Assembly: GCA_963717465.1 (NCBI GenBank)
Contig: OY970340.1
Coordinates: 1,376,001 to 1,440,000, forward strand
DNA from: Candidatus Bathyarchaeota archaeon
Lineage (GTDB): Archaea; Thermoproteota; Bathyarchaeia; Bathyarchaeales; Bathycorpusculaceae
Direction: 5' to 3'
DNA: 64,000 nt
Made by a program: the position numbers and the translations under genes. The notes under the pieces are model-generated. The model was not told the origin of the DNA, ran no database searches, and worked only from the letters and a program-made list of their open reading frames with translations. Shown here in pieces: positions 50,031 through 60,199 of this stretch (its first letter is position 1; every line of letters starts with the position of its first letter).

Positions 50031-50583
50031 ATGGTAAGTTTGGAACAAATAATTGATTTTCCGATTTCACTACCTTTTCGACTAAAATGTAAGAAAATTG
50101 GAAAATCATTTTTGATTGGTCCAAATTATTCCTTTATAGGGTGTGACCTTTCAAGCGTGTCTATAGATGACAATGTTAAAATAGGCTTGAGGGCATGGAG
50201 ACAAACTGTTGCTTTACTGGAACGTTCAAAGCCTGTCATTAAAATTGGCGATAACACGTATATTGGAAGAAATGTGGTTATTTAGGCAGCCGAAAAGATT
50301 TCGATAGGTAAGAACTGTTTAATCCTACAACGTTTCTGTTTTAGATCACAACCATGCTTTCGAAAATATAAATTTACCGCCTCTTTTACAAGGGATTGAT
50401 AAACCAGAAGCGATTGAAATAGGTGAAGATTGTTTTTTGGGTGCTCATAGTTTTATCCTTAAGGGTGTTGTGCTGGGTAAGCATTGTATAGTAGACGCCA
50501 ATAGCGTTGTTACTTCTTCTTTTGAGCCCTTTTCTGTTCTTGCGGGTGCGCCTGCAAGAAAAGTTCGAAATCTAAAAGACTAA
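50031..50583 (+). pseudogene. Hexapeptide-repeat acyltransferase, interrupted
   Basis: IKIGDNTYIGRNV, in-frame stop, then DHNH...IEIGEDCFLG...GVVLGKH...AGAPAR. Confidence 0.8.
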
Positions 50584-50692
50584 ATCTTCACAAATCAAAT
50601 TTTCCTCATAAATATCCAATTTCAAGCTCAACTTTTTTAGATAGTTTGAAATAAAAAAGGACATAATAGTATATGGTTTCTGTGTCTTAGAC

Positions 50693-51286
50693 ATGAGCAA
50701 TCCTTTGGTTTCGATAATAGTTTTAAACTTTAACGGGAAAGAGCATCTAAAGAATTGCTTTGAAGCACTTCAAAGGCAAACATAGAAATTTTGAGTGCAT
50801 AATGGTGGATAATTCTTCCACGGATGGATCAATTGAGTGTGTCAAAAATAATTTCTTGTGGGTTAGATTAATCCAAAGTAATAAAAATTTAGGCTATGCT
50901 GGAGGGAACAATATTGGTGCAGAAGTTGCTAATGGAGATTATATTGTTATCCTGAATAACGATACGGAAGTTGATGGTCGCTGGCTTAACGAACTATTGA
51001 GTATTGTAAAATCTGATCTTCGATAGGAATTTGCGGATGCAAAATGATGGAATCAGGACGAAGAAGCATCATAAGCAGTTTTGGGTCATCTTGCGATATT
51101 TACGGTTTTCCATATCCCATAGGTGCCAGTGAGTTAAAGCGCAATCAATTTAATTCGGTTAGGGAAGTTTTTCTTATTGCTGGTGCAAGCTTCATTATAA
51201 AAAGTGATTTTTGGGCAGCACCGGGTGGTTTTGATTCTGAATATTTCGTACACATGGAAGAATTAGATTTATGCTGGCGCGCTTGA
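50693..51286 (+). pseudogene. GT2 glycosyltransferase, fragmented
   Basis: MSNPLVSIIVLNFNG, VDNSSTDGS, NLGYAGGNN, LNNDT and EELDLCWR in several frames; truncated. Confidence 0.8.
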
Positions 51287-51350
51287 TTAATATTTATATG
51301 AGAACTACACTTTAATATTTTTTAAAAGGAAGAATTGGTAGGTCAGAAAA

Positions 51351-52796
51351 ATGAGCGTTGTATTACTGTATCCTCCTCATTATTTTAGATCTAATAGTTC
51401 ATCAAAGGAGCCCTATGGTGGTATTGATGCGCATTGGGGACAAGCACCTCCTCTGGGTTTGCTTTACCTAGCTTCCTCACTGTTATCTAATGGCGTTAAA
51501 GTTCACGTGGTTGATTTAAACGAGCATAGACTTGGGCTCAAAGAAAGCGTGGACTTAATTGAACAAAGTACACCGCGTGTTGTTGGAATATCAGCTACAT
51601 CATTCCAATTACGAGGAGCAGTTCAGCTTGCTGAAGCGTTACGAGAAAGATTTGGAGATAAAGTTATTATCGGGTTAGGCGGCGTTCATGTAAGTGTAGA
51701 TCCCGATTTTATAAATCGTTTTCCTATATTTGATTTTGAAGTAATTGGCGAAGGAGAAATTACTTTTTCTTCGCTTGTGACCAAGATTCTAAACGGTGAA
51801 AATGTTCATGGAGTTTTTCGTGGAGAAGTCCCACTTAATCTTGATAATCTGCCTTTTCCAGCTCGTCATCTTATTGACACAAAGATGTATTTTTCTGGAG
51901 ATAGATGCGCCACAATACTTGCTACGCGAGGTTGCCCTTTTGACTGCGTTTTTTGCTCAATTAAGACTTTAAGAGGTCAACGGGTTAGATATAGATCGCC
52001 AAAAAATGTTGCCGATGAAATGGATGCTATCGTAAAGACTGGGACTAAGCGCTTCTGGTTTGTAGACGATACCTTTACAGTAAACAAGGATTATGCTATT
52101 GCGCTCTGCGAGGAGATTATACATCGTAAGCTTGATGTTGAGTGGTGCTGTGAAACAAGAATTGCTTGTGTTGATGAAAATATCTTAAAAGTAATGCGCT
52201 CAGCGGGGTGCATAAAAATTTCTTTTGGTATAGAATCTGGAAGCGCGCGGATAAGAACTGATATTATCCACAAGGGTTTCACCAACGAGCAAGCCATTCG
52301 TGTATTTAATCTTTGTAAGAAGTATGGCATCTCACCTGAGGCTTATCTTATGGTTGGCTTTCCAACAGAAAGTGCCGAGGACCTTCGTTCCACCAAAAGT
52401 TTTTCTAGCAAACTAAATGCTGATACCATAGGCGTTCATATTGCTCAAATATTGCCTGGTTCTGACCTTTTTACGATTGCACTTAAAGAAGGTAAAATCA
52501 AAGCAGATGTGTATGATCAATACGCGAAAGGTGAACTCAGTGGTTCTTTACCAGTATACGTCCCTGAAGGTTTATCTCTGATAGATTTGCAGAAGACACG
52601 AGAGCAAGCTTACCGACAGTTTTATTTCAAACCAAAGTTTTTATTAAAGCGTTTAGGAAAAGATCTGCGTTCTTTCAGCAATCTAAAGAATGATCTTAGT
52701 GTAGCTAAGAAGCTATTCTTTGAAGGCAAAACAGTAGGAACCGGAATAGCTATGAATAGATTACTAAACAAAATTGGGCGCACGGCACGCGCTTAA
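51351..52796 (+). CDS. B12-binding radical SAM protein
   Basis: PPLGLLYLAS, GGVH, GEGE, TRGCPFDCVFC, FGIESG. Confidence 0.92.
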   Translation: MSVVLLYPPHYFRSNSSSKEPYGGIDAHWGQAPPLGLLYLASSLLSNGVKVHVVDLNEHRLGLKESVDLIEQSTPRVVGISATSFQLRGAVQLAEALRERFGDKVIIGLGGVHVSVDPDFINRFPIFDFEVIGEGEITFSSLVTKILNGENVHGVFRGEVPLNLDNLPFPARHLIDTKMYFSGDRCATILATRGCPFDCVFCSIKTLRGQRVRYRSPKNVADEMDAIVKTGTKRFWFVDDTFTVNKDYAIALCEEIIHRKLDVEWCCETRIACVDENILKVMRSAGCIKISFGIESGSARIRTDIIHKGFTNEQAIRVFNLCKKYGISPEAYLMVGFPTESAEDLRSTKSFSSKLNADTIGVHIAQILPGSDLFTIALKEGKIKADVYDQYAKGELSGSLPVYVPEGLSLIDLQKTREQAYRQFYFKPKFLLKRLGKDLRSFSNLKNDLSVAKKLFFEGKTVGTGIAMNRLLNKIGRTARA

Positions 52797-53151
52797 CACG
52801 AAACGGAATAGATACGGGAAAATCCACTATTTGTTCAAGCAACGCTATCATCTTTCTATCTCACCTTTAAGTTGCCTCACTTCAAAGGATACTTTAGGGA
52901 AATAATAGTTTACTATTTGAATCAATTCAGAGACTACTAACCAAAATGATTTTGGACGGAATTTTATTGTTGATAGGATCTGAAATCAGCCTCTTCCTGA
53001 GGCTCACTTCTTTTTCGTAAAGATTCATTCCAGCCATTACGGCTTTATAGCCTTTTCTCGTCACTTTTTCTGCAATTCGCTAACAAATGTGATAACACTC
53101 ACTAATAATCCTAACAAAATTCTAAATTCATAAGTCCGAATGGAATACTTT

Positions 53152-53879
53152 TTAACCATACCCGTATCCAAATTTATTATCAATTTCATGATGATCTTTA
53201 AGGAGTTTGCTGAAGTCCATCCATGCGTCATTCAAATTTATATCATCGCTGCAGATTAGTCCTCCCTCTTTTATGTATGCTGATGCTGTTTTGAATTCGA
53301 ACATCATATGTTCATAACTGTGGTTGCTGTCATGATAAAACATATCTATGGATCCTAGTTTCAGAGAATTCTTGGGAGAAGTTTTGTGGCATCTCCGATT
53401 TCCAATGTCCAATATTTGCGCAAGTTTTCAGGAACGAAACCACCTATCTGACTGGTAGGTAATTTTGAACCATTACCTTCCTTAACACCCAAATCTATTG
53501 ACGTCAAATGACCTCTGCCATTGTCAGCCAAGCCTTGGAGTATAGCCCAACTAGTTTTTCCCGACCATACTCCTGTTTCAACAATTTCGTGCGGTTTTGA
53601 AGCGCGCACAAGATAGTAGAGCATTACAATATACGAAAATTCAGCACTTCTGTATATGAGAGCATCTTTAGGCAACTGAAAAGAAGGCGTAGATCTCTTC
53701 AAAAGCTTTTCAATTGTAGAGTCATCACATTTTGATAGGTTATTAAGTAGCCCCTTGAGAATAGCACGATATGCTTCTGTCTTTCCCCCCAGAATAAAAG
53801 AGACCGCAATTGATGGATGCTGCAAGACTAATTTAATATTTGAGAACGTAAAAGTTTTGTTTGTATCCAAATTGATCAA
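53152..53879 (-). pseudogene. Class I SAM methyltransferase (Methyltransf_24-like), frameshifted
   Basis: IVETGVWSG...LTSIDL in one frame; IDMFYHDSNHSYEH...GGLICSDD in the next. Confidence 0.82.
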
Positions 53880-54209
53880 CCTTCATTTTTCAACAAAATA
53901 TTATTCGCTCTTTATAAAGCATCTTTTCAATAGGCTAGATTTCAAATAAAACGCCTTAATGTTTGAGAGAGGATTTCTTTTAAATGCATCAACTAAATCC
54001 TTAGTATTTTGCTTGGTACCAATATTGTTACTAAAAAACCGATTTACTTCCCTGAAGCCATTAAATGGCCAAACAAACAGAGTGGAGTGAAAATCGTTCA
54101 TCGCTGCAGCGCGTGCCATAGGCTAATTAATAAGCTGGAAAAAGATATCAAGGAAAAGCTTTACATCGCACTGTGACCACGTTAAGGCGTAAAAGCTAAA
54201 TCACTAAGA

Positions 54210-55232
54210 TTGGAGAATAATGTGAGTCCTATCCCAAAAGATCTTGATTTCACGATTTGCATACCCACATATAATGGGTCCACTCTTATCGGAGAAACTT
54301 TAAAGAGTATTTTGGCACAAGATTTTAAAAATTATAAAATTCTTGTTTCAGATGATAATTCAACTGATGATACTGTAAATGTCGTAAAGAGTTTTAATGA
54401 CTCAAGAATCGAAGTTTACAAGAATCAATTAAATTTGGGTTATGGAAAAAATCTTGAAGTTTTAAGAAATTTAGCAAAGGGAGATATTCTGTTTCTAATG
54501 GGACAGGATGATGTTCTCTGTAAAGGTGCTCTTCGAAAAACTAATAATGCTTTTTTATTAAGCGAAGACATAGGTGCAGTAACTCGACCTTATTTTTGGT
54601 TTGACGGAGATATCAAAACTCCTGTGAGAGCAGTGAGGCCTTATGATAGAAACAAGGATTCAATAATATCGATTTTTGATGGTAAGAAGGAAATAGAAAA
54701 AATTTTCGAGTCTGTTGGTCAGCTTTCAGGATTGGCTTATAGAAGGAAATTTCTGGATATGCCCTTTCACATAGATATCTTTCCAGCTCATATCTATCCT
54801 TTTGCTCATATTTTGAGGAAGCACAAAGTAGTTTTCTTGAAAGATTATACAGTAGCAGTTCGGATAGAAAGCAGCATGACTAGGCATAATTCCCATATCT
54901 ATGATACATCTCCAACTGAGAGCTGGATAAAAATGTTTGAAACTGTTTATGCTGACGAGGATTTTGCGAATGTACGAAAGGACTGTATAGATTTCATGAG
55001 CCGTCATTACGAGGGTCTTATTCAACTAAAAACTGCTGGTTCTATGAAAAATTTGGCAAGAGAAATAGTTCTCCTAATTAAATATAGACGCAATAACATT
55101 TTTAACGTAAAGTTTTGGATGTTTGCTTTAGGAACCATACTGATGCCTAAAAAAATTTTAAGATCCTTCGTCGATAGCTTTAAAAGAAATGTTCTATCAA
55201 AAACTTTAAAGGACATTTCATTTGAAATCTAA
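54210..55232 (+). CDS. GT2 glycosyltransferase
   Basis: ICIPTYNG, SDDNSTD, NLGYGKN, MGQDD. Confidence 0.9.
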   Translation: MENNVSPIPKDLDFTICIPTYNGSTLIGETLKSILAQDFKNYKILVSDDNSTDDTVNVVKSFNDSRIEVYKNQLNLGYGKNLEVLRNLAKGDILFLMGQDDVLCKGALRKTNNAFLLSEDIGAVTRPYFWFDGDIKTPVRAVRPYDRNKDSIISIFDGKKEIEKIFESVGQLSGLAYRRKFLDMPFHIDIFPAHIYPFAHILRKHKVVFLKDYTVAVRIESSMTRHNSHIYDTSPTESWIKMFETVYADEDFANVRKDCIDFMSRHYEGLIQLKTAGSMKNLAREIVLLIKYRRNNIFNVKFWMFALGTILMPKKILRSFVDSFKRNVLSKTLKDISFEI

Positions 55233-55528
55233 AATAAAATTCCAAATGCTATTTTAGCTCCTTTGTTAGAGGCGCAGAGATAAAGTTGTTATCCATTTGC
55301 CTTGTTTCTTCAGGCGAAATTTTCGCCTTATTTTCTTGCCAGGTCTTTTAATCTGATAGTCTTTCCTCATTTTTATCCGGATTATTTTTTATGTCAACTG
55401 CAGTTGCACTTAATCGGCTTATGTTTGGTTATATCTTATTTAATCGGTTACGATTTTCTCAAGGAATTTGACAAAATGTTTAAACCATATTCTTTATAAA
55501 TTTGGTTTCAACCTCTAAGTGACTACTA

Positions 55529-57580
55529 ATGAAAAGTATTAAACTGCTAATCAGCAGCAAGTTACGTGATTTCTTATTGGCTTCATGTACCTACATAACT
55601 ATCTCCATTTTCTTTCTCTTCGGGGTGATAATTAGTCAAGGTGACGTAGCCCAACAAGATTGGAGTATACCTGTAACAGCAAGCGGTACATTAGCCGTTT
55701 TCAGCTCCACCCTGTTTTCTTGGTCTTATAACGGCTTTGGAAGTGCGAATAAAGTGTGGGGTTTTCCTTTTTTCGAAATTATAAACGCTGCGTTAGGTCA
55801 AATAGGCTTTTTTGGTGGGGCAGAGATTAAGCTGTTAGCGGTTTTCCTCGTCGCTTTAGGCGGGATAACTGCATATGCCCTAGCCAAGTCTTTGGGTCTA
55901 AGACGCTGTTCCTCGTTTTTGGTAGGTCTCTTTTTCATGACCACGCCGATAGTATTCAATTGGCTTATGTTTGGTTGGATATTCTATCTGATTGCTTATG
56001 ATCTTCTACCACTTTTTTTGATAGCCGCGAAGAAATTTTTAGAAACAAGTGATTTACGTTACGCCCTGGTCAGCGGCATTATACTCTCAATTGCCACAAC
56101 ACAAGTTTCCTTTATTCTCATTTACCCTGTGCTGGGATTTCTATTAGCTTTGTTTGAGTCTAAAGGTAATGTCAAAATTTTTGTCAGAGGCATTGTTGTC
56201 ACAATAGTGTCTATATTAATATGGTTTTTAACATATCTGAATTTTATGGTATCGCTTAATAGCTCGAACCTTTTGTCATTCTATCAAGGTTCATTTCTTG
56301 CCGCAACTATTGCCCAATTCAGTCACTTATCAAATATATTAAATCCGATTAGGTTATGGGGAAGCACATTTAACTATCAATTTGAAACCTATTTTGCGAA
56401 AGAACTAACTATACTGTCATTTGTTCCTCTTATCATAGCTGTGATGGCCATAGCAATAAGACCGCGCGACAGGCATGTTCTTTTCGCTGCTTTTGCTTAT
56501 CTCTTCGTTTTTGCAGCCTATTTTTCGTATGAAAATATGTCTTACATCGCGTTGCATTTGCCTTATGGTTCAATATTCGAGGCGCCGAGTGTCTTTCTGG
56601 TTCCTGCTAGTCTAGGTTTAGCATTACTGATAGGTTATGCGAATGAAACCATTCCGAATGTGTTTACAAAGTTTAAGGGCATTAAAAGTAGAAACATACG
56701 CATTATTTGCTTTGTTATGATTTTGGCACTGATTATCTTAGCTGCCAATCCTTGGTATACAGGACAGACTTCAGGTAACACTTTATCTGGGCCTCCTACC
56801 AAATTAAACTTGTATCAAACACCTTCTGGGTATAGTGAATGGAGCAAAACGATTTTGGGCAGTAGTGAGTACTTTGTGCTTTATCTGCCTTGTCCAGATG
56901 GCCAAGTAATTGACAGTACCTATTTTTCGCTACCTTACGAAGGCGTCAATGGAGTAATATATGGTGGATTCAACGGCATGCCCTGCATTTCAGCTTCAAA
57001 TAGTTCATTATTTCTTAGTGAGCTACTTAACGGAAACTACTCCATTGCAGAAACATGGGGATCATATAGCATAAAATACATTGTTGTTTATACCAATATT
57101 CAAAGTGGATACAATACGACTGACCTGTTGGGCTGTCTTTCAGCACAGGGTGGCATAGAAAAAATTGAAACCCTTCCAGATGTTGTTGTATATCAGAATG
57201 AATATGCCGTTCCGGTTGTTCATACAAATAGTTCGGAGGCGAAACTGCAAATCACATATCAAAATCCGACTTCATATCAAGTCATTGTATATTCAAATTC
57301 ATCGTTTCTTCTAACGCTTAATCAGGTTTATTCAAGCGGTTGGACGGCGACCCTCAATGGCACCGCTTTACCGGCTATTGATCACATTCAAGAAAATGAT
57401 AGTTTCAATGGCTGGCTCATTAACTCCACTGGAACATTGATAATCAGCCTAACTTATTCACCCCAAACAACTTATTTCTTGGGTCTACTCATTTCATCGT
57501 TAATAGTAACTGCAATTCTGGTTTATCTTGCTTTTTCAACAGTAAGAATGTTAAAAAGAAGGTCGCCAGTTGGTAGCTAA
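55529..57580 (+). CDS. Multi-pass membrane protein, GT-C/YfhO-like
   Basis: More than 10 TMs, extracellular domain, L.LNQ.YS.GW.A...NGW C-terminal motif. Confidence 0.65.
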   Translation: MKSIKLLISSKLRDFLLASCTYITISIFFLFGVIISQGDVAQQDWSIPVTASGTLAVFSSTLFSWSYNGFGSANKVWGFPFFEIINAALGQIGFFGGAEIKLLAVFLVALGGITAYALAKSLGLRRCSSFLVGLFFMTTPIVFNWLMFGWIFYLIAYDLLPLFLIAAKKFLETSDLRYALVSGIILSIATTQVSFILIYPVLGFLLALFESKGNVKIFVRGIVVTIVSILIWFLTYLNFMVSLNSSNLLSFYQGSFLAATIAQFSHLSNILNPIRLWGSTFNYQFETYFAKELTILSFVPLIIAVMAIAIRPRDRHVLFAAFAYLFVFAAYFSYENMSYIALHLPYGSIFEAPSVFLVPASLGLALLIGYANETIPNVFTKFKGIKSRNIRIICFVMILALIILAANPWYTGQTSGNTLSGPPTKLNLYQTPSGYSEWSKTILGSSEYFVLYLPCPDGQVIDSTYFSLPYEGVNGVIYGGFNGMPCISASNSSLFLSELLNGNYSIAETWGSYSIKYIVVYTNIQSGYNTTDLLGCLSAQGGIEKIETLPDVVVYQNEYAVPVVHTNSSEAKLQITYQNPTSYQVIVYSNSSFLLTLNQVYSSGWTATLNGTALPAIDHIQENDSFNGWLINSTGTLIISLTYSPQTTYFLGLLISSLIVTAILVYLAFSTVRMLKRRSPVGS

Positions 57581-57791
57581 ACTTGGTAATTTTCTCTTAA
57601 AAATCACCCTGATGGTCTAACATTTTTGTTCATTACTGTTAAATTTCACCCAGCATACTAAGACCTTCCAAATGATAATTTCGGGAAAGATAGCGTACAG
57701 CCAAGCGTTTCTCACCAATTGAATTAGCCTAACAAATAAGATTTAAATCTGATAATGTCTTCAACTATGGGTCAAAAAACTGGTAGTTTAG

Positions 57792-58826
57792 ATGGCTGAT
57801 TCGTTTGTTAAGAAAGTAAGTATAATCATATTGAATTATAATGGCAAGCGACTTTTAGAGCATTTTTTATGGTCAGTAAAGAAACTAAATTATCCTAATT
57901 TCGAAGTCGTTATTTTGGACAATGGTTCTACAGATGATAGTGTTGAGTTCTTAACCAAGTATTTTCCTGAGTTTATAGTGTTTAAAAGTCAAAAGAATCT
58001 TGGGTTTTCCGAAGGATGCAATGTTGCAGTACAACATGCATCTGGAGACTATCTTCTCTTTGTAGCTAATGACATGGAGCTTGATTCCAACTTCATCAAT
58101 GAGTTGATCGAAGTAATGGAATCTGACCCTACTATCGGAGTATGTACTGGCAAAACTCTAAAAATCGATAGTGCTAACAAAAGAACTAATTTGATCGATA
58201 ACCTTGGCGGAGATGTAGATGTATTGGGCTTTGCTTCGCCGAGAGCCAAAAATAAAGTTAATGAAACCCAAAAAGATCTAAAATCCCCCGTTTTTTTTGC
58301 CTATGGTTGCCCCTCTATGATAAAGCGCCAAGTTTTTATTAAGGTGGGTGGATTTGATTCTGATTACTTTGCACTTTATGAGGATTTGGATATTTGCTGG
58401 CGGATCAGGCTGGCAGGCTATAAAGTATGTGTTAATCCATTAGCTGTCAGTTATCATAAAGTCTCAGTAACTGTCAACTCTATTTTCAAGCCAAGTAAAG
58501 TAAGATTCTTGGCAGAGAAGAATATTCTAAGAACCCTCACGAAGAATTACTCAATTTCGACTCTTGTAAGAATATTGCCGCAATATTTCGCGATATTATC
58601 AAGCGAAACGATGTTTTACTTACTTATAAAAAGAGTTGATATGGCTTCAGCAACGGTAAAATCGATTATTTGGAATATCAGACATCTTAGGAGTTGTCTT
58701 TTACTTCGCGCCAAAGCTCAAGAAATTAGAGTGATAAATGATAAAACCATTCAAAAAGGGATGATAAAAAAAAGTATTAAGGTAAGTATTCTTAAGCAAT
58801 GGCTTTTAGGCATGTTTCCTATATGA
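57792..58826 (+). CDS. GT2 glycosyltransferase (rhamnosyltransferase-like)
   Basis: IILNYNG, DNGSTD, NLGFSEGCN, GGFD...YEDLDICWR. Confidence 0.92.
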   Translation: MADSFVKKVSIIILNYNGKRLLEHFLWSVKKLNYPNFEVVILDNGSTDDSVEFLTKYFPEFIVFKSQKNLGFSEGCNVAVQHASGDYLLFVANDMELDSNFINELIEVMESDPTIGVCTGKTLKIDSANKRTNLIDNLGGDVDVLGFASPRAKNKVNETQKDLKSPVFFAYGCPSMIKRQVFIKVGGFDSDYFALYEDLDICWRIRLAGYKVCVNPLAVSYHKVSVTVNSIFKPSKVRFLAEKNILRTLTKNYSISTLVRILPQYFAILSSETMFYLLIKRVDMASATVKSIIWNIRHLRSCLLLRAKAQEIRVINDKTIQKGMIKKSIKVSILKQWLLGMFPI

Positions 58827-58939
58827 TATTACGATGCCCGAATTGAGCAAAAGCCTGAGTCTCAAAAGAGGTCGCGTAATTTTTTATCAGGTAAAGCGTG
58901 CACCTTGTGAAGTTCCTATTCAATCACTTTCCTTTCTAG

Positions 58940-59935
58940 TGCTGTGTCGAATGACTGAGAGTGCCTTTCAGGTGGTTACTCTGTTGTTTTTGGGTTTGAA
59001 GTTCAGTTTAGGTTTATTTTCATAAACAAGTTGTAAATTGAAGCTTTCAGCAACAACTCTTTGACTATGTTTGGCCACTTCACTTCACAGATGTACTCGC
59101 CGAACACACGTTTTATGCTTGAGAACGCCGACTCAACCATCCACCGATAACCATAACCCTGATTTTTTCTCCAATTGGGATTGCCAAGCTGCTCAATCAC
59201 AACGAATTTACGAGGCATACAGCCGTCCCCTTTAACCGATGCATTTTTGCGCACCCAAAATCAACGGATCAATAACCCTATCAGCAAGCATCCTAAAATT
59301 GCTCTGAGAATCATACGCGCCATCAGCGATAATACGCTTCAAAGCTACCCTATTTTGCGAACTATCTACCAGCCGCCTAAGCATGCGTCCATCTCCAACA
59401 TCCTCTTTGGTTACTTCAATGGCGAGGATCTGCTTTGTTTTGATGTCAACCGCTATATGCACCTTGATAAAGCCGCGTTGAACTCTCCATTTCTTATGCA
59501 TCCACTCGCCACGATTAGAGACCTTTATGCCGCTTGAATCAACAGCAATAGTAACATCCTTGTCCAAGTCGACGCAAGATTCTAAATCCACTTTCATCTT
59601 TGCAATTCTCCACCAGATAGTAGTGTAATCTGGAGCTTTGAGATCATCGACGTACTGGCTTAAGCCGCGCGTGAAGCCTTCCAGCTGCCGATATGGCAAA
59701 ACATAAGCGTGCACCACAGCTAGCAGTTTGATGAATGATTCTGGGTAACGGTATCTGCCTCCTTCTTTGCCATCGTTCATGGCTTCAAGTTCTCTAGACC
59801 AGCCTGCAACAAAGTCTAAATCCAGCAGAATCAAGCCTCTTTTCACTAATGCTTCATTGTAGCCTTTCCAATCTCTCAAATAATCCATAACAAGCGTTCT
59901 GCACACAAGAAGTATTTAAGTTATTCAACACAGCA
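58940..59935 (-). mobile_element. IS5-family (IS903-like) insertion sequence with a frameshifted transposase
   Basis: TIRs TGCTGTGTCGAATGAC / TGCTGTGTTGAATAAC; 8-bp TSD CTTTCTAG; transposase W..YNEALVKRG, AVDSSG, ADGAYD, R..VESAFS split over 59232-59906 and 59003-59254. Confidence 0.92.
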
Positions 59936-60199
59936 CTTTCTAGCACTTCCATCCGTTTCTCCTCCTAGTCAAATCAAGGCACGCGCCTATTCGACCACAC
60001 CAAAGGGTCAATATGACGTCGCATCCAGGCTCCATCAATCATGGTGACTCCCACTTAGCACAATCGACATTTACTATAAACCTCAAACACTTTATTTAGG
60101 AAGACATAATCTCTGCGGTTGCGTTATCTGCTTTTTGTGTTTGTCTAATTGTTGCTACAGTATGGAAGTGGCGGAAAATAGATAACACTTCAAAAAGTT

